Notes under the pieces: model-generated
What the model was told of the DNA's origin: nothing
Seen by the model: the letters and a program-made list of their open reading frames with translations, nothing else
Databases searched by the model: none
Part shown: piece by piece, positions 8,648 through 17,382 of the stretch
How the letters are laid out: every line of letters begins with the position of its first letter
Position numbering within the stretch: position 1 is the first letter of the stretch
Made by a program: the position numbers and the translations under genes
IMG/VR virus record: IMGVR_UViG_3300005805_006958
Span: 1 to 24,597 of that record
Direction: 5' to 3' (one strand)
Origin: a virus
Taxonomy: Duplodnaviria; Caudoviricetes
Length of the DNA stretch: 24,597 bases

Positions 8648-8957
8648 ACAATGCGTGTTGAATGTTTCCTGAAACAAACTGATTGAATGATTGGTGTTTG
8701 GCTTCGAGATCACCTTTGAGTGGAGCAACACGTTTGAATGCTGAGTCCATTTGGCCCATGTCACGGAACTCCATGATGATCATCCATTCAGGCATGTCTG
8801 CAATGCTGCGGAATCCCATTTTGCAACGTGTGATTCTGTAAGTTTCCATACGACCTTCTTCAATCAAATGATCAAAGAAACTCTTCATTCCCGTGACCCA
8901 GTCAATGTCAGAAATGTCGCCTTCTTTGTCTGCCCAAATTGTGTATAAGTCTGCCAT
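8622..8957 (-). CDS. Small hypothetical protein, probable dimeric alpha/beta-barrel (DUF6614-like)
   Basis: 111 aa; GGAG SD; LYTIWAD...YRITRCKMGF...EWMIIMEFRD...LFRDWPD pattern recalled from DUF6614-type proteins; last gene of the minus-strand operon. Confidence 0.6.
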   Translation of the reverse strand: MADLYTIWADKEGDISDIDWVTGMKSFFDHLIEEGRMETYRITRCKMGFRSIADMPEWMIIMEFRDMGQMDSAFKRVAPLKGDLEAKHQSFNQFVSGNIQHALFRDWPDQF

Positions 8958-8960
8958 ATT

Positions 8961-9398
8961 TTACTCCATTGGTCCTAGTATTTCAAATCCGTCTATTTCA
9001 CTTTTGTACAAGTGTGCCTGTTCAAGGTAAAGATACTTGAAGCCTCGTGCTCGGTATATGGCACACTCGGTTTTCATGGTTTCTATGCCCAGTCTCAGTC
9101 GAGGATTGTGATAGGTCCAAGCAAACTGATCGCACAGGGCATTGTGTTCATCGTAGCGTCGGATCAAACTAAATGCCACTAATTTTGCTTGATCGTAGTA
9201 GGCAATCACATCAGTCATGGGGTCGGTGTATCTACTGTCAAATATGGGCATCACACTGGCAAAATGTTTGTGAATACAATACTGTCTGTAGATGGCGTTC
9301 AACGCAGGTATGTCTGGTTGCGTCATGTAAGTCCATTCCACTGTGATTGGGTAATTGGTTTTACTCAAGTCAATTCTGGCAAACTGGTAACTGCTCAT
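8961..9398 (-). CDS. Arginyl-tRNA-protein transferase C-terminal domain-like (ATE1/Bpt GNAT-fold) protein
   Basis: YYDQAKLVAFS...FAWTYHNPRLRLGIETMKTECAIYRARGFKYLYL...YKSEIDGFE resembles the ATE_C signature (SLG...EI..A...G..Y.YLG....YK..F.P.E). ATGA overlap with the upstream gene. Confidence 0.65.
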   Translation of the reverse strand: MSSYQFARIDLSKTNYPITVEWTYMTQPDIPALNAIYRQYCIHKHFASVMPIFDSRYTDPMTDVIAYYDQAKLVAFSLIRRYDEHNALCDQFAWTYHNPRLRLGIETMKTECAIYRARGFKYLYLEQAHLYKSEIDGFEILGPME

Positions 9399-9895
9399 CT
9401 GGGATCCTGTCTATGTGTAAACAACCCAGTGAGATATTCTTCGGGCCAGTTGTGATAAAAGCCTTTGGCAGCCATTTGTTTTGCGGCTGTGTTTAACTTG
9501 CTGAGACTTTGTACCAGCACCAAAGCATACTGGCCTTGGTTCATATTCACACCGTTGACATCCTCTACAGATTCAGGATGATCTTCCAAGGCCAACAAAT
9601 CACGTGCGAGCAAAAATTCTTGGTTGGCTGACTCTATTGCTGAGTGAAAACGTGAGTATGGCCAGTCTGCAGGATCATATGCATACACAACAACTTCATA
9701 TTGCCCCATGCCCCATCTTGCGCGATTGCGCAGATCAAAGTAAGGATCAGCACCGGACAGCACTTGTATGGTGCGATTCAATCGTGCAGACCGTGCAAAC
9801 GGGCATGGGGGCCAGCCACCCAGTGCAGGGTGCGGAACTTCTACAAAGCGTTCACTCCATGTTAATATATCAGCAGTGACAGTTTCAATATCCAT
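9395..9895 (-). CDS. DUF1415-like protein (PCPFA motif)
   Basis: W...FVEVPHPALGGWPPCPFAR, EDHP, C-terminal GFYHNW. Starts immediately after the upstream TAA (TAAATG). Confidence 0.6.
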   Translation of the reverse strand: MDIETVTADILTWSERFVEVPHPALGGWPPCPFARSARLNRTIQVLSGADPYFDLRNRARWGMGQYEVVVYAYDPADWPYSRFHSAIESANQEFLLARDLLALEDHPESVEDVNGVNMNQGQYALVLVQSLSKLNTAAKQMAAKGFYHNWPEEYLTGLFTHRQDPR

Positions 9896-10126
9896 TTAAA
9901 AGTACGGTAATTTTGTTTTGCTGGTGGTTTCCATGTGGTCCTTGACCATGTCAGCAATCATGTGTCGCTCAGCAGAACTCAACTGCATGACTTGATCGTA
10001 TGTCATGCCACCGCGCATGTGCCATGCCATCTTGATACTTTCAGATCGAATTTTGTTGGCCTCCTGATCAAGTTGATCAATGTATTTGGCAACTTCATCT
10101 GCGGTTAAAATCAGGAGGCGGGTCCG
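9896..10126 (-). CDS. gp51-like / tail-chaperone C-terminal segment, probably expressed by -1 frameshift from the gp26-like ORF
   Basis: 76 codons (RTRLLILTADEV...WHMRGGMTYDQVMQLSSAER...KLPYF) in the -1 frame right after A AAT TTT TTC; no ATG/GTG/TTG for the first 32 codons. Confidence 0.7.
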   Translation of the reverse strand, partial: RTRLLILTADEVAKYIDQLDQEANKIRSESIKMAWHMRGGMTYDQVMQLSSAERHMIADMVKDHMETTSKTKLPYF

Positions 10127-10956
10127 AAAAAATTTGCCATGTCCATGCTGAGCACTTGCTCGTAGTTGGTACCGCAGGCAGTGCATTTGAGAGTCACAGG
10201 CTTGATTTCGGCTCGTTGTCTAAGACCAATGGCATGTTCTCGAATGGCGTTGAACACCATGCGATCACAGTTGTTCAAAAACTCTTCAATGTGGTCTGTA
10301 TCAGTGACCACAGCATTGGGAGTTTTTATAGCAGCAATGCTCATTTTCATTGCTTCCATGGTCAACTTAGTGATGTTTCGCATGACTTCGGCCATTTGAT
10401 CCAGTTTTTGTTCGTCTGACACATTTTCTTGCCCAGGTATCATGCGAATGATTCGTTGTTGATCAAACTGACGCAGATTGATGTCGTTCTGCTGTTCATA
10501 GGTCATGGGCTTGAAAACTATTTCCAATTCGCCAGACTGCACATGATCAGTGTAGTCGGGAAACTCCAAGGAGTCCAACACTTGTCGCAGATCTAACTCA
10601 AAATCATCTTCGTTTTTGCATTCGGTACACACAGTGTGAACTTCCATGTTGTGACCATAACTGGCAATTCTTATGCCAATCAGTATGCTGTTGATGTCAA
10701 TGAACGGTGCTGACCACGCATTTTTGATATTGGGCACACAACTGTGAATCACATTGATCACACTCTGCCCGCTGAACAGGGCGTCAGGAGTGCGATAAGT
10801 TATTTCATCCACAGCAGTCATGGGATATATGGGCAATTCTCGATTTTGCGGAAAGTCCACACTGTCTTCGGACCAAAAACTACCATTGCTGGGCAGTTTC
10901 AGATAGATTGCTGGTTGTCTAAAAAACGCTTTCAGCGGATTGGTTAACTGGGTCAT
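10111..10956 (-). CDS. gp26: T4 gp26-like baseplate hub / tail assembly chaperone
   Basis: NPLKAFFRQPAIYLKLPSNG, PMTAVDE, IRIASYG, CxxC...CxxC (CTEC, CTAC), ends in NFF; AGGTGA SD; adjacent to the tape-measure gene. Confidence 0.75.
   Translation of the reverse strand: MTQLTNPLKAFFRQPAIYLKLPSNGSFWSEDSVDFPQNRELPIYPMTAVDEITYRTPDALFSGQSVINVIHSCVPNIKNAWSAPFIDINSILIGIRIASYGHNMEVHTVCTECKNEDDFELDLRQVLDSLEFPDYTDHVQSGELEIVFKPMTYEQQNDINLRQFDQQRIIRMIPGQENVSDEQKLDQMAEVMRNITKLTMEAMKMSIAAIKTPNAVVTDTDHIEEFLNNCDRMVFNAIREHAIGLRQRAEIKPVTLKCTACGTNYEQVLSMDMANFFGPAS
10126..10135 (-). other. Tandem -1 ribosomal frameshift slippery site (A AAU UUU / U UUU UUC)
   Basis: Minus strand reads GCA AAT TTT TTC GGA CCC GCC TCC TGA: two overlapping X XXY YYZ heptamers in the correct phase, 4 codons before the stop. 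Confidence 0.65.
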
Positions 10957-10962
10957 TTGCTC

Positions 10963-10990
10963 ACCTATAAATATAGTTCTACTTATAGGT
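10963..10990. promoter_or_regulatory. Palindromic bidirectional late promoter
   Basis: ACCTATAA(10963-70)...TTATAGGT(10983-90) inverted repeat containing TATAAATA (+, 10966-73) and TATAAGTA (-, 10987-80) between divergent genes. Confidence 0.7.
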
Positions 10991-10998
10991 ACAAAAAC

Positions 10999-13758
10999 AT
11001 GGCCACACTAAATGATCCCGACGCAGTTGCTGAAGCACTGAACAGAGTAGCCGAAGACATGCGTCGTTTTGGCTACGTCACTGACGAAACAGCCCGCAAA
11101 CTAGAAGATGCCAAAACAGGCATTTCAAATTTTGCAAAAAAGGCTGACCAAGCCGCTGACCTAACAATCAAATCATTCACTTCAGTGGCCAGTGCTGGCA
11201 TTGAAGCCGCCAAGGCCATGCACGATGGTGCCAAGGGCAATCAGGCATTCAACTCCAGTTTAGACAAAATGCGCGAAGGTGTGGAGGCCACTGGCGCACT
11301 GCTCACAGCCATAATTCCTGGCGGACCCATAATCAAAGCATTCATTGCTGCTGCCACCTTGGCCACGGGCAAACTGATTGACCTGCAAAAAGTAGCAGGC
11401 AAGATGAGTGATGACCTGTTCAAAGGATTCCAAGGCCTAAGCAAGTCAGGTGCAGCTGCCGCAGATGGCATGACTGGTCTGCAGGCCGGCATGCGCAAAC
11501 TGGGCCTGGGTGTGCAAGACATGGAAAGTTATGTGCGCTTGATCGGCGAAAGCAGCAAAGACTTGGCCTTGTTCAAAGGATCAGTTTTTGCAGGACGCAA
11601 AGAATTTGAGAACATTGGCAAAGGCATGCAACAGTACAACTATCAGTTGCGAGCCGCTGGCCTAACGCAAGAAGAAATCAATGCTGGTACCATGGGGTAT
11701 TTGAAACTGCAGACTCGAGTAGGGTTATCCCAAACTCAAACCACTCAGCAGTTAGCAGAAGGTGCCAAGAAGTATTTGATTGAACAAGACGCACTGACCA
11801 AACTCACTGGTATGAGTCGAGAAGAAGCAGAAAAAACACGAGAAGCAGCTAGATCACAACAGATGTTTAGGGCACAATTAGAAGATATGCGCAACAGTGG
11901 CGATGCTAATCAAATTGCTGCTGCTGATAGACTTGAGGCAACTTACGTCATGCTGGCCAAACGCAGTGCAACAGCAGCCAAAGGCTTTGGCGACATGACC
12001 ACAGGTATGGTACACACTGAAGAAGCGCAAAAACTTGGCATGTCCACCAACTATAAAGCACTGGAAGTGGCGCAAGCCATGGTTAAAGGCCAAATGGGAA
12101 CCATACAAGGATTCCAAATTATTGCTGGAGAAACGGGACGAGTTACTAAACAAATGAATGCACTGTATAAAACAGGTGTAGGCGAAGAAACCTTTTTGAA
12201 GATCAGTGAAGGTGCAGAACTGGGACTGGAGGCCAATCGAAATCTTCAAGGTGAATACGAAAAAATAATAGAAGATCAAAAAAATGCAGGCATAAAAGGT
12301 GGCAAAGCACAAGATGATTTGACTGATGCTAACATCAGATTAGCCAAGGTGCAACAAGATGAAATGCTGAAATTGCAAGGAATCACAGGCAAGATGATGG
12401 AGAGCGCAACAGAAACCAACATCAAGTTGGCTACAGCAGCCGGCGATCTTGCACCATTGTATGATAAGTTGACCATTGTTATGATCAAATTCAATGCCAT
12501 GATGGGCAGAATTATTGAGTACGCATTACCTCATTTGATAGATGCCTTGGAATTGTTAGTTGATCTCATAATGAAAATGCCTGGACTGGGTCCTGACACT
12601 CGACCAGAAAATGTGAAAAAGGCCGACGAGGCTATGGACAAAGCATATAAAGATGCGTCATTTGCACAATACTTTGGTATAGGTACTACCAAAGAACAAG
12701 ATGCCGCTCTTGAGGCTCAGTACAAAGCACAAAATGAAGCAGGGAAAAAAGCAGCCGGTGATATAGACGACAAAATTCTAAAATTCTTGGGCTTCAGAGC
12801 CGACGGTGGACCAGTCAATGCCAACACTCCCTACATCGTGGGTGAAAAAGGTCCCGAACTGTTCATGCCCAAAAACGCCGGTGACATCATCAGCACCAAA
12901 CAATTGCTGGGATCGGGACAGCCCGCCGGCATGCCCGAAGTCAATGCCGAGTATCAAAAAATCACCAAAGCCATTAAGGACATCACCAAAGACATCACTG
13001 ATCGGCGCGACCTGGAAGACAAGTACACTGATCACAACAAAAAATACATTGACGGCATGATATCTTTGTTGGATCAAGACTACAACAACACTGTGACTTA
13101 CATGGAGTCCGGTGGAACTCCGGCTGCCATGAGTTCGGGCATGGGACTGCAATCTGGTGGTGGTGGCCTGGGGCTGCAAGCCAGTGGCAGTCTTTCTGGT
13201 TTGAAAATCAAAAAGGGTGACGTGCATGCTGAAGGTTCGGCACTGAGTCCCAAATTGGTGCAGTTGGCTCAAGCCATTCAAAGCAACATGCCCAACTTCA
13301 ATTACTTTTCAGCATTCAATGACAAGTTCCATCAAGAAAAAGCCAGCAGCAGCAGTCACACACGAGGCACAGCCCTGGACTTTACCTTGACCAAACCACC
13401 CACTCCTGAAGAAGGTCAAGAAATTGTGCGCTACCTCAAGAGCATGGGAGCCAGCCTTGTGATAGACGAATACAACAATCCCAGCAGCAATGCCACTGCC
13501 GGGCACATTCATGCACAAATTCCTGGCTTTGCTGATGGCGGCGTTGCCATGGATCCCACCATTGCCATGGTGGCAGAAAAAGGCCCAGAAGCCATGCTGC
13601 CCTTGACCAGCGATGGATTTTTGGGCAAGCTGGGATCGGCCATGGCAGCCATGGTTCCACAACAACAGACCATGATTGGGTTGTTGGAGGACATACGCCG
13701 CAGTCAGGCAGCCACGGCCACAGCCAGTGAGCGAATGGCCGCAGTGGCCAGCAACTAA
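10999..13758 (+). CDS. Tape-measure / baseplate-hub-like protein with C-terminal M15-like peptidase domain
   Basis: Long Ala/Gly/Lys helical region; two copies of the (R/F)ADGG..V(G/A)EKGPE motif; HTRGTALD (Hx6D) plus GHIH. Start reassigned to ATG 10999 (after the late promoter and AGGT SD). Confidence 0.75.
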   Translation: MATLNDPDAVAEALNRVAEDMRRFGYVTDETARKLEDAKTGISNFAKKADQAADLTIKSFTSVASAGIEAAKAMHDGAKGNQAFNSSLDKMREGVEATGALLTAIIPGGPIIKAFIAAATLATGKLIDLQKVAGKMSDDLFKGFQGLSKSGAAAADGMTGLQAGMRKLGLGVQDMESYVRLIGESSKDLALFKGSVFAGRKEFENIGKGMQQYNYQLRAAGLTQEEINAGTMGYLKLQTRVGLSQTQTTQQLAEGAKKYLIEQDALTKLTGMSREEAEKTREAARSQQMFRAQLEDMRNSGDANQIAAADRLEATYVMLAKRSATAAKGFGDMTTGMVHTEEAQKLGMSTNYKALEVAQAMVKGQMGTIQGFQIIAGETGRVTKQMNALYKTGVGEETFLKISEGAELGLEANRNLQGEYEKIIEDQKNAGIKGGKAQDDLTDANIRLAKVQQDEMLKLQGITGKMMESATETNIKLATAAGDLAPLYDKLTIVMIKFNAMMGRIIEYALPHLIDALELLVDLIMKMPGLGPDTRPENVKKADEAMDKAYKDASFAQYFGIGTTKEQDAALEAQYKAQNEAGKKAAGDIDDKILKFLGFRADGGPVNANTPYIVGEKGPELFMPKNAGDIISTKQLLGSGQPAGMPEVNAEYQKITKAIKDITKDITDRRDLEDKYTDHNKKYIDGMISLLDQDYNNTVTYMESGGTPAAMSSGMGLQSGGGGLGLQASGSLSGLKIKKGDVHAEGSALSPKLVQLAQAIQSNMPNFNYFSAFNDKFHQEKASSSSHTRGTALDFTLTKPPTPEEGQEIVRYLKSMGASLVIDEYNNPSSNATAGHIHAQIPGFADGGVAMDPTIAMVAEKGPEAMLPLTSDGFLGKLGSAMAAMVPQQQTMIGLLEDIRRSQAATATASERMAAVASN

Positions 13759-13759
13759 C

Positions 13760-13767
13760 AATAAATA
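13760..13767 (+). promoter_or_regulatory. T4-type late promoter (AATAAATA)
   Basis: Intergenic; 7 nt before the portal ATG. Confidence 0.65.
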
Positions 13768-13774
13768 ATCTACT

Positions 13775-15568
13775 ATGGCAGACAACAAACAATCCGGTTC
13801 GTGGAAAAAGTATTTCAAGGTAGCAGACACTTCTGGTGTGATGAGCCCTATCTCAGGTAGAAACCAATTTGGCCTGCCTGGCTATGCCCGAAATGACGGC
13901 AACGACACAGGTATGCCTGCAGACTTTATATTTCGTAACTATGCCAGCAGACTGCCTGAAGTTTACTCTGGCCACCCCAATCGTATTGAACGCTACAATC
14001 AGTACGAAAACATGGACATGGATTCAGAGATCAATGCTTGTTTGGATATTATTGCTGAGTTTTCAACACAGATGAACGAGCAAAACGGTACACCGTTTGA
14101 AGTTGATTATAGAGACAAACCCACAGACAACGAAGTGTCGATCATTAAAAAACAACTGCAACAGTGGATCAAGCTGAACAAGCTGGACCAGCGCATATTC
14201 AAACTGTTCCGCAACACCATCAAGTATGGTGATCAAGTGTTTGTGCGTGACCCAGAAACATTTGAAATGATGTGGGTGGACATGAGTAAAGTGGCCAGAG
14301 TTATTGTCAACGAATCAGAAGGCAAGCGTCCTGAACAGTATGTGATCCGTGACATCAACCCCAACTTTCAAAACATGACTGTGGCTGCAAAAACTACCAC
14401 TGACTACATGACCAACCCAGTGACCGGCACCATATCAGGCAATGCCAACTACACCATGCCCAACGGTGGCACCGGTGGCGGTGTGGGCAACAGCAGATTT
14501 ATGACTGCCATGAACGAAGTTTGCTTGGATGCCAAGCACGTTGTACACCTTTCGTTGAACGAAGGATTAGATGTATTCTGGCCTTTTGGACGTAGCATTT
14601 TGGAACAAATCTACAAGGTATTCAAGCAGAAAGAACTGTTGGAAGATGCTGTGTTGATCTATCGTGTGAGCCGTGCCCCAGAACGCAGAATCTTTAAAAT
14701 TGATGTGGGCAACATGCCATCACACTTGGCCATGGCGTTTGTGGAACGTGTGAAAAACGAAATGCATCAGCGCAGAATTCCCACCATGACTGGTGGCGGC
14801 AACAACATGATGGATGCGTCATACAATCCACTGTCAATCAACGAAGACTATTTCTTTCCACAAGGTGCAGACGGACGTGGCAGTAGCGTAGACACATTGC
14901 AAGGCGGACAGAATCTGGGCGAAATTGATGATTTGAAATACTTCAACAACAAAATGGCCCGTGGTTTGCGTGTACCATCAAGTTACTTGCCCACTGGTCC
15001 TGACGACTCAGACCGTGCCATGAGCGATGGCAAAGTGGGCACAGCCTTGATACAAGAGTACAGATTCAATCAATATTGTGAACGTTTACAGAGTCTTATT
15101 GTACAAAAACTCGACGACGAATTCAAGATGTTTATGAAATGGCGCGGGTTCAACATAGACTCTAGCCTGTTTAATTTGAAGTTTAATGCACCTCAAAACT
15201 TTGCCAGTTATCGTCAAAGTGAACTGGATACCACACGTATTGGTGCTTTTACGCAGTTGGAAGCATTGCCTTACATGAGCAAGCGTTTCTTGTTGCAGCG
15301 TTTCTTGGGCTTGACCGAAGAAGAAATCCAAGAAAACGAAGATTTGTGGCGCGAAGAACGTGACGATCCTGAAATGAGCACCAATGCCGGACAAGATCTA
15401 CGCAGCATTGGCATCACTCCAGGTGGACTGGAAGCTGACATTGAAACTGGCGAAGCAGTGGCCGGCATGGCGCCACAGGGTGCTGGTGCACCTCCTGTGA
15501 CTCCGGGTGCTGTACCTGTTGCTCCTGGTGGTGTGATGCCCGCTGGCGGCGGCGCTCCTGCAGTATAA
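13775..15568 (+). CDS. gp20: Portal vertex protein
   Basis: LEDAVLIYRVSRAPERRIFKIDVGNMP, EDYFFP, GGQNLGEIDDLKYF, LRVPSSYL: T4 gp20 family motifs. Confidence 0.96.
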   Translation: MADNKQSGSWKKYFKVADTSGVMSPISGRNQFGLPGYARNDGNDTGMPADFIFRNYASRLPEVYSGHPNRIERYNQYENMDMDSEINACLDIIAEFSTQMNEQNGTPFEVDYRDKPTDNEVSIIKKQLQQWIKLNKLDQRIFKLFRNTIKYGDQVFVRDPETFEMMWVDMSKVARVIVNESEGKRPEQYVIRDINPNFQNMTVAAKTTTDYMTNPVTGTISGNANYTMPNGGTGGGVGNSRFMTAMNEVCLDAKHVVHLSLNEGLDVFWPFGRSILEQIYKVFKQKELLEDAVLIYRVSRAPERRIFKIDVGNMPSHLAMAFVERVKNEMHQRRIPTMTGGGNNMMDASYNPLSINEDYFFPQGADGRGSSVDTLQGGQNLGEIDDLKYFNNKMARGLRVPSSYLPTGPDDSDRAMSDGKVGTALIQEYRFNQYCERLQSLIVQKLDDEFKMFMKWRGFNIDSSLFNLKFNAPQNFASYRQSELDTTRIGAFTQLEALPYMSKRFLLQRFLGLTEEEIQENEDLWREERDDPEMSTNAGQDLRSIGITPGGLEADIETGEAVAGMAPQGAGAPPVTPGAVPVAPGGVMPAGGGAPAV

Positions 15569-15571
15569 ATA
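15564..15571 (+). promoter_or_regulatory. T4-type late promoter TATAAATA
   Basis: Exact T4 gp55 consensus overlapping the portal stop; ATG 4 nt downstream. Confidence 0.75.
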
Positions 15572-15575
15572 CCAC

Positions 15576-15797
15576 ATGCTGTTAAACGAATTTTTTCGCA
15601 AAGACCCCGAAGCATATCAGGATGTTTCACAAGACAACAGTCAAGTGCAACTCAACGACCTGCGCAAAACTCGCCTCACACTGCGTCAACTTAACAAATT
15701 GAGAAAGATGAATGACGTGAGAATGTATGAGTTCAAGGAGAAACTCAAACTGGTGCGAAAACAATACGCACCTCCTCCTGCACCCCCGGCTATGTAA
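15576..15797 (+). CDS. Small basic head-module protein (position of T4 gp67/gp68)
   Basis: 73 aa; RKTRLTLRQLNKLRKM; Pro-rich C-terminus; between portal and core genes with its own late promoter. Confidence 0.7.
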   Translation: MLLNEFFRKDPEAYQDVSQDNSQVQLNDLRKTRLTLRQLNKLRKMNDVRMYEFKEKLKLVRKQYAPPPAPPAM

Positions 15798-15854
15798 TAA
15801 AAATTACATTTATACGACTTTTTGCCCCGTAAACCACGTCTTTTTCTCCTTGTG

Positions 15855-15862
15855 TGTAAATA
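15855..15862 (+). promoter_or_regulatory. Late promoter (TGTAAATA)
   Basis: TAAATA core in the intergenic region; AGGAG SD at 15881-85. Confidence 0.6.
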
Positions 15863-15893
15863 ACAGCACACTTTACCTATAGGAGTTTCCCAT

Positions 15894-16727
15894 ATGAACC
15901 GTTTTGAACAATTGATTGAATATGTAATCAATGACGAAGAGGCCAAGGCCCGCGAACTATTCCACGACATTGTTGTGGAAAAAAGCCGTCAAATCTATGA
16001 AGATATCATGGCTGAAGAAGATCAAGAAGATATCGAAGAAACCAAACACAAAGAAATGGACGAAGCCGAAGAAGAATTAGAAGAAGGCATGGGCGGTGAC
16101 GCTGCTGACGACCTAATCGACGACGTGGAAATGGAAGAAGAATCTGACATGAACATGGAAGCCGAAGAAGAAATGGATATGTCCATGGACGATGGCGAAG
16201 AAGAATTTAGCATGGGTGCCGAGGAAGGCAGCAGCGACGAACCTGCTACCAAAGACGACATTATGAATTTAGAAGACAAACTGGACCAACTCATGGCCGA
16301 GTTTGAAGACCTCATGGGCGGTGACGACATGAGTGATGGTGATGGATTTGGTCCTGACGAAGGCGGTGACGCCATTGAAATGGATGACACCGACGAAATG
16401 GAGCCAGGCATGATGGAAGCTGTGAGTTTAAAAGCAGCCCCAAAGCCAGTGACCAGTGAAGAAGGCGGCGTAAACAAGAAGTCTACCTATGCTGCTAACA
16501 GCGGACAAGCAGGCATGGCCAGCCGCCCAGTACACACTGGTGCAGCCGAAGGTGGACATCATGACACAGCCGCTTACAAAAATACCACAAAAGACTTGAT
16601 CGGCAAAGTTGGTAACACACCTGCACAAGGCACACAAAAGCCTTCAGCAGCACCAAAGCCTAAAATGGGCGCCGGCAGCGAAGGTCAAAACAACAAAAGC
16701 CCACTTCCCGGTGGACGTAAGGCTTAA
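15894..16727 (+). CDS. Highly acidic prohead core / internal scaffolding protein
   Basis: E/D/M-rich low-complexity centre, basic Pro/Gly C-terminus; lies between portal and protease; AGGAG SD. Confidence 0.7.
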   Translation: MNRFEQLIEYVINDEEAKARELFHDIVVEKSRQIYEDIMAEEDQEDIEETKHKEMDEAEEELEEGMGGDAADDLIDDVEMEEESDMNMEAEEEMDMSMDDGEEEFSMGAEEGSSDEPATKDDIMNLEDKLDQLMAEFEDLMGGDDMSDGDGFGPDEGGDAIEMDDTDEMEPGMMEAVSLKAAPKPVTSEEGGVNKKSTYAANSGQAGMASRPVHTGAAEGGHHDTAAYKNTTKDLIGKVGNTPAQGTQKPSAAPKPKMGAGSEGQNNKSPLPGGRKA

Positions 16728-16731
16728 TTAA

Positions 16732-17370
16732 ATGTCATCTAGATACCTAAGAGAAGATCTTACTTTTAGCCAGGCCAACATCCAAGTCTTAGAAGAGGCG
16801 GATGTTTCTGGCAAAAAGAACCTCTACCTCAAAGGCATTTGCATTGAAGGCGACAAGAAGAATGCAAATGAACGTATCTACCCCAGACACGAAATAATCA
16901 AGGCAGTTGAAACCATCAACGAACAGATCCGCGACGGTAACTCCGTGTTAGGTGAAGTGGACCATCCAGATGATCTAAAGATCAATTTAGATCGTGTGTG
17001 CCACACAGTTGAAGGCATGTGGATGGACGGACATGCTGGTTGCGGCAAGTTGAAAATCCTGCCAACTCCCATGGGAGAATTGATTAAAACGCTGTTGACA
17101 TCAGGTGTAAAACTTGGTGTCAGCAGTCGTGGCAGCGGCAATGTAGACGACAGAACAGGACATGTAAGTGACTTTGAAATAGTCACTATAGATGTGGTTG
17201 CACAACCCAGCGCACCCAATGCTTATCCCACAGCAATTTATGAAGGCCTCATGAACATGAAGCACGGTCATAAACTGATGGAAATGGCACGGGAATCTGG
17301 CGAGAGCGACAAAGTGCAGAGATACCTCAAGAATGAAGTTAAAAGACTCATTCAGGATCTCAAAATCTAA
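16732..17370 (+). CDS. gp21: Prohead core protease
   Basis: NANERIYP, GEVDHP, LPTPMG, LGVSSRGSG, DVVAQPSAPNAY: T4 gp21 family. Confidence 0.95.
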   Translation: MSSRYLREDLTFSQANIQVLEEADVSGKKNLYLKGICIEGDKKNANERIYPRHEIIKAVETINEQIRDGNSVLGEVDHPDDLKINLDRVCHTVEGMWMDGHAGCGKLKILPTPMGELIKTLLTSGVKLGVSSRGSGNVDDRTGHVSDFEIVTIDVVAQPSAPNAYPTAIYEGLMNMKHGHKLMEMARESGESDKVQRYLKNEVKRLIQDLKI

Positions 17371-17382
17371 GGAGAACCAGGA

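Noticed and set aside
10127-10186. ATG 10186 as the start of the 96-aa minus-strand ORF
   Set aside because: It lies 76 nt inside the gp26-like gene with no SD; the first 20 codons look like out-of-frame read-through. A frameshift or a later Met start explains the ORF better.
15990-16420. GAAGAA/GACGA-rich repetitive DNA as a repeat array or CRISPR
   Set aside because: Explained by the Glu/Asp/Met low-complexity protein; no fixed-length repeat-spacer structure.
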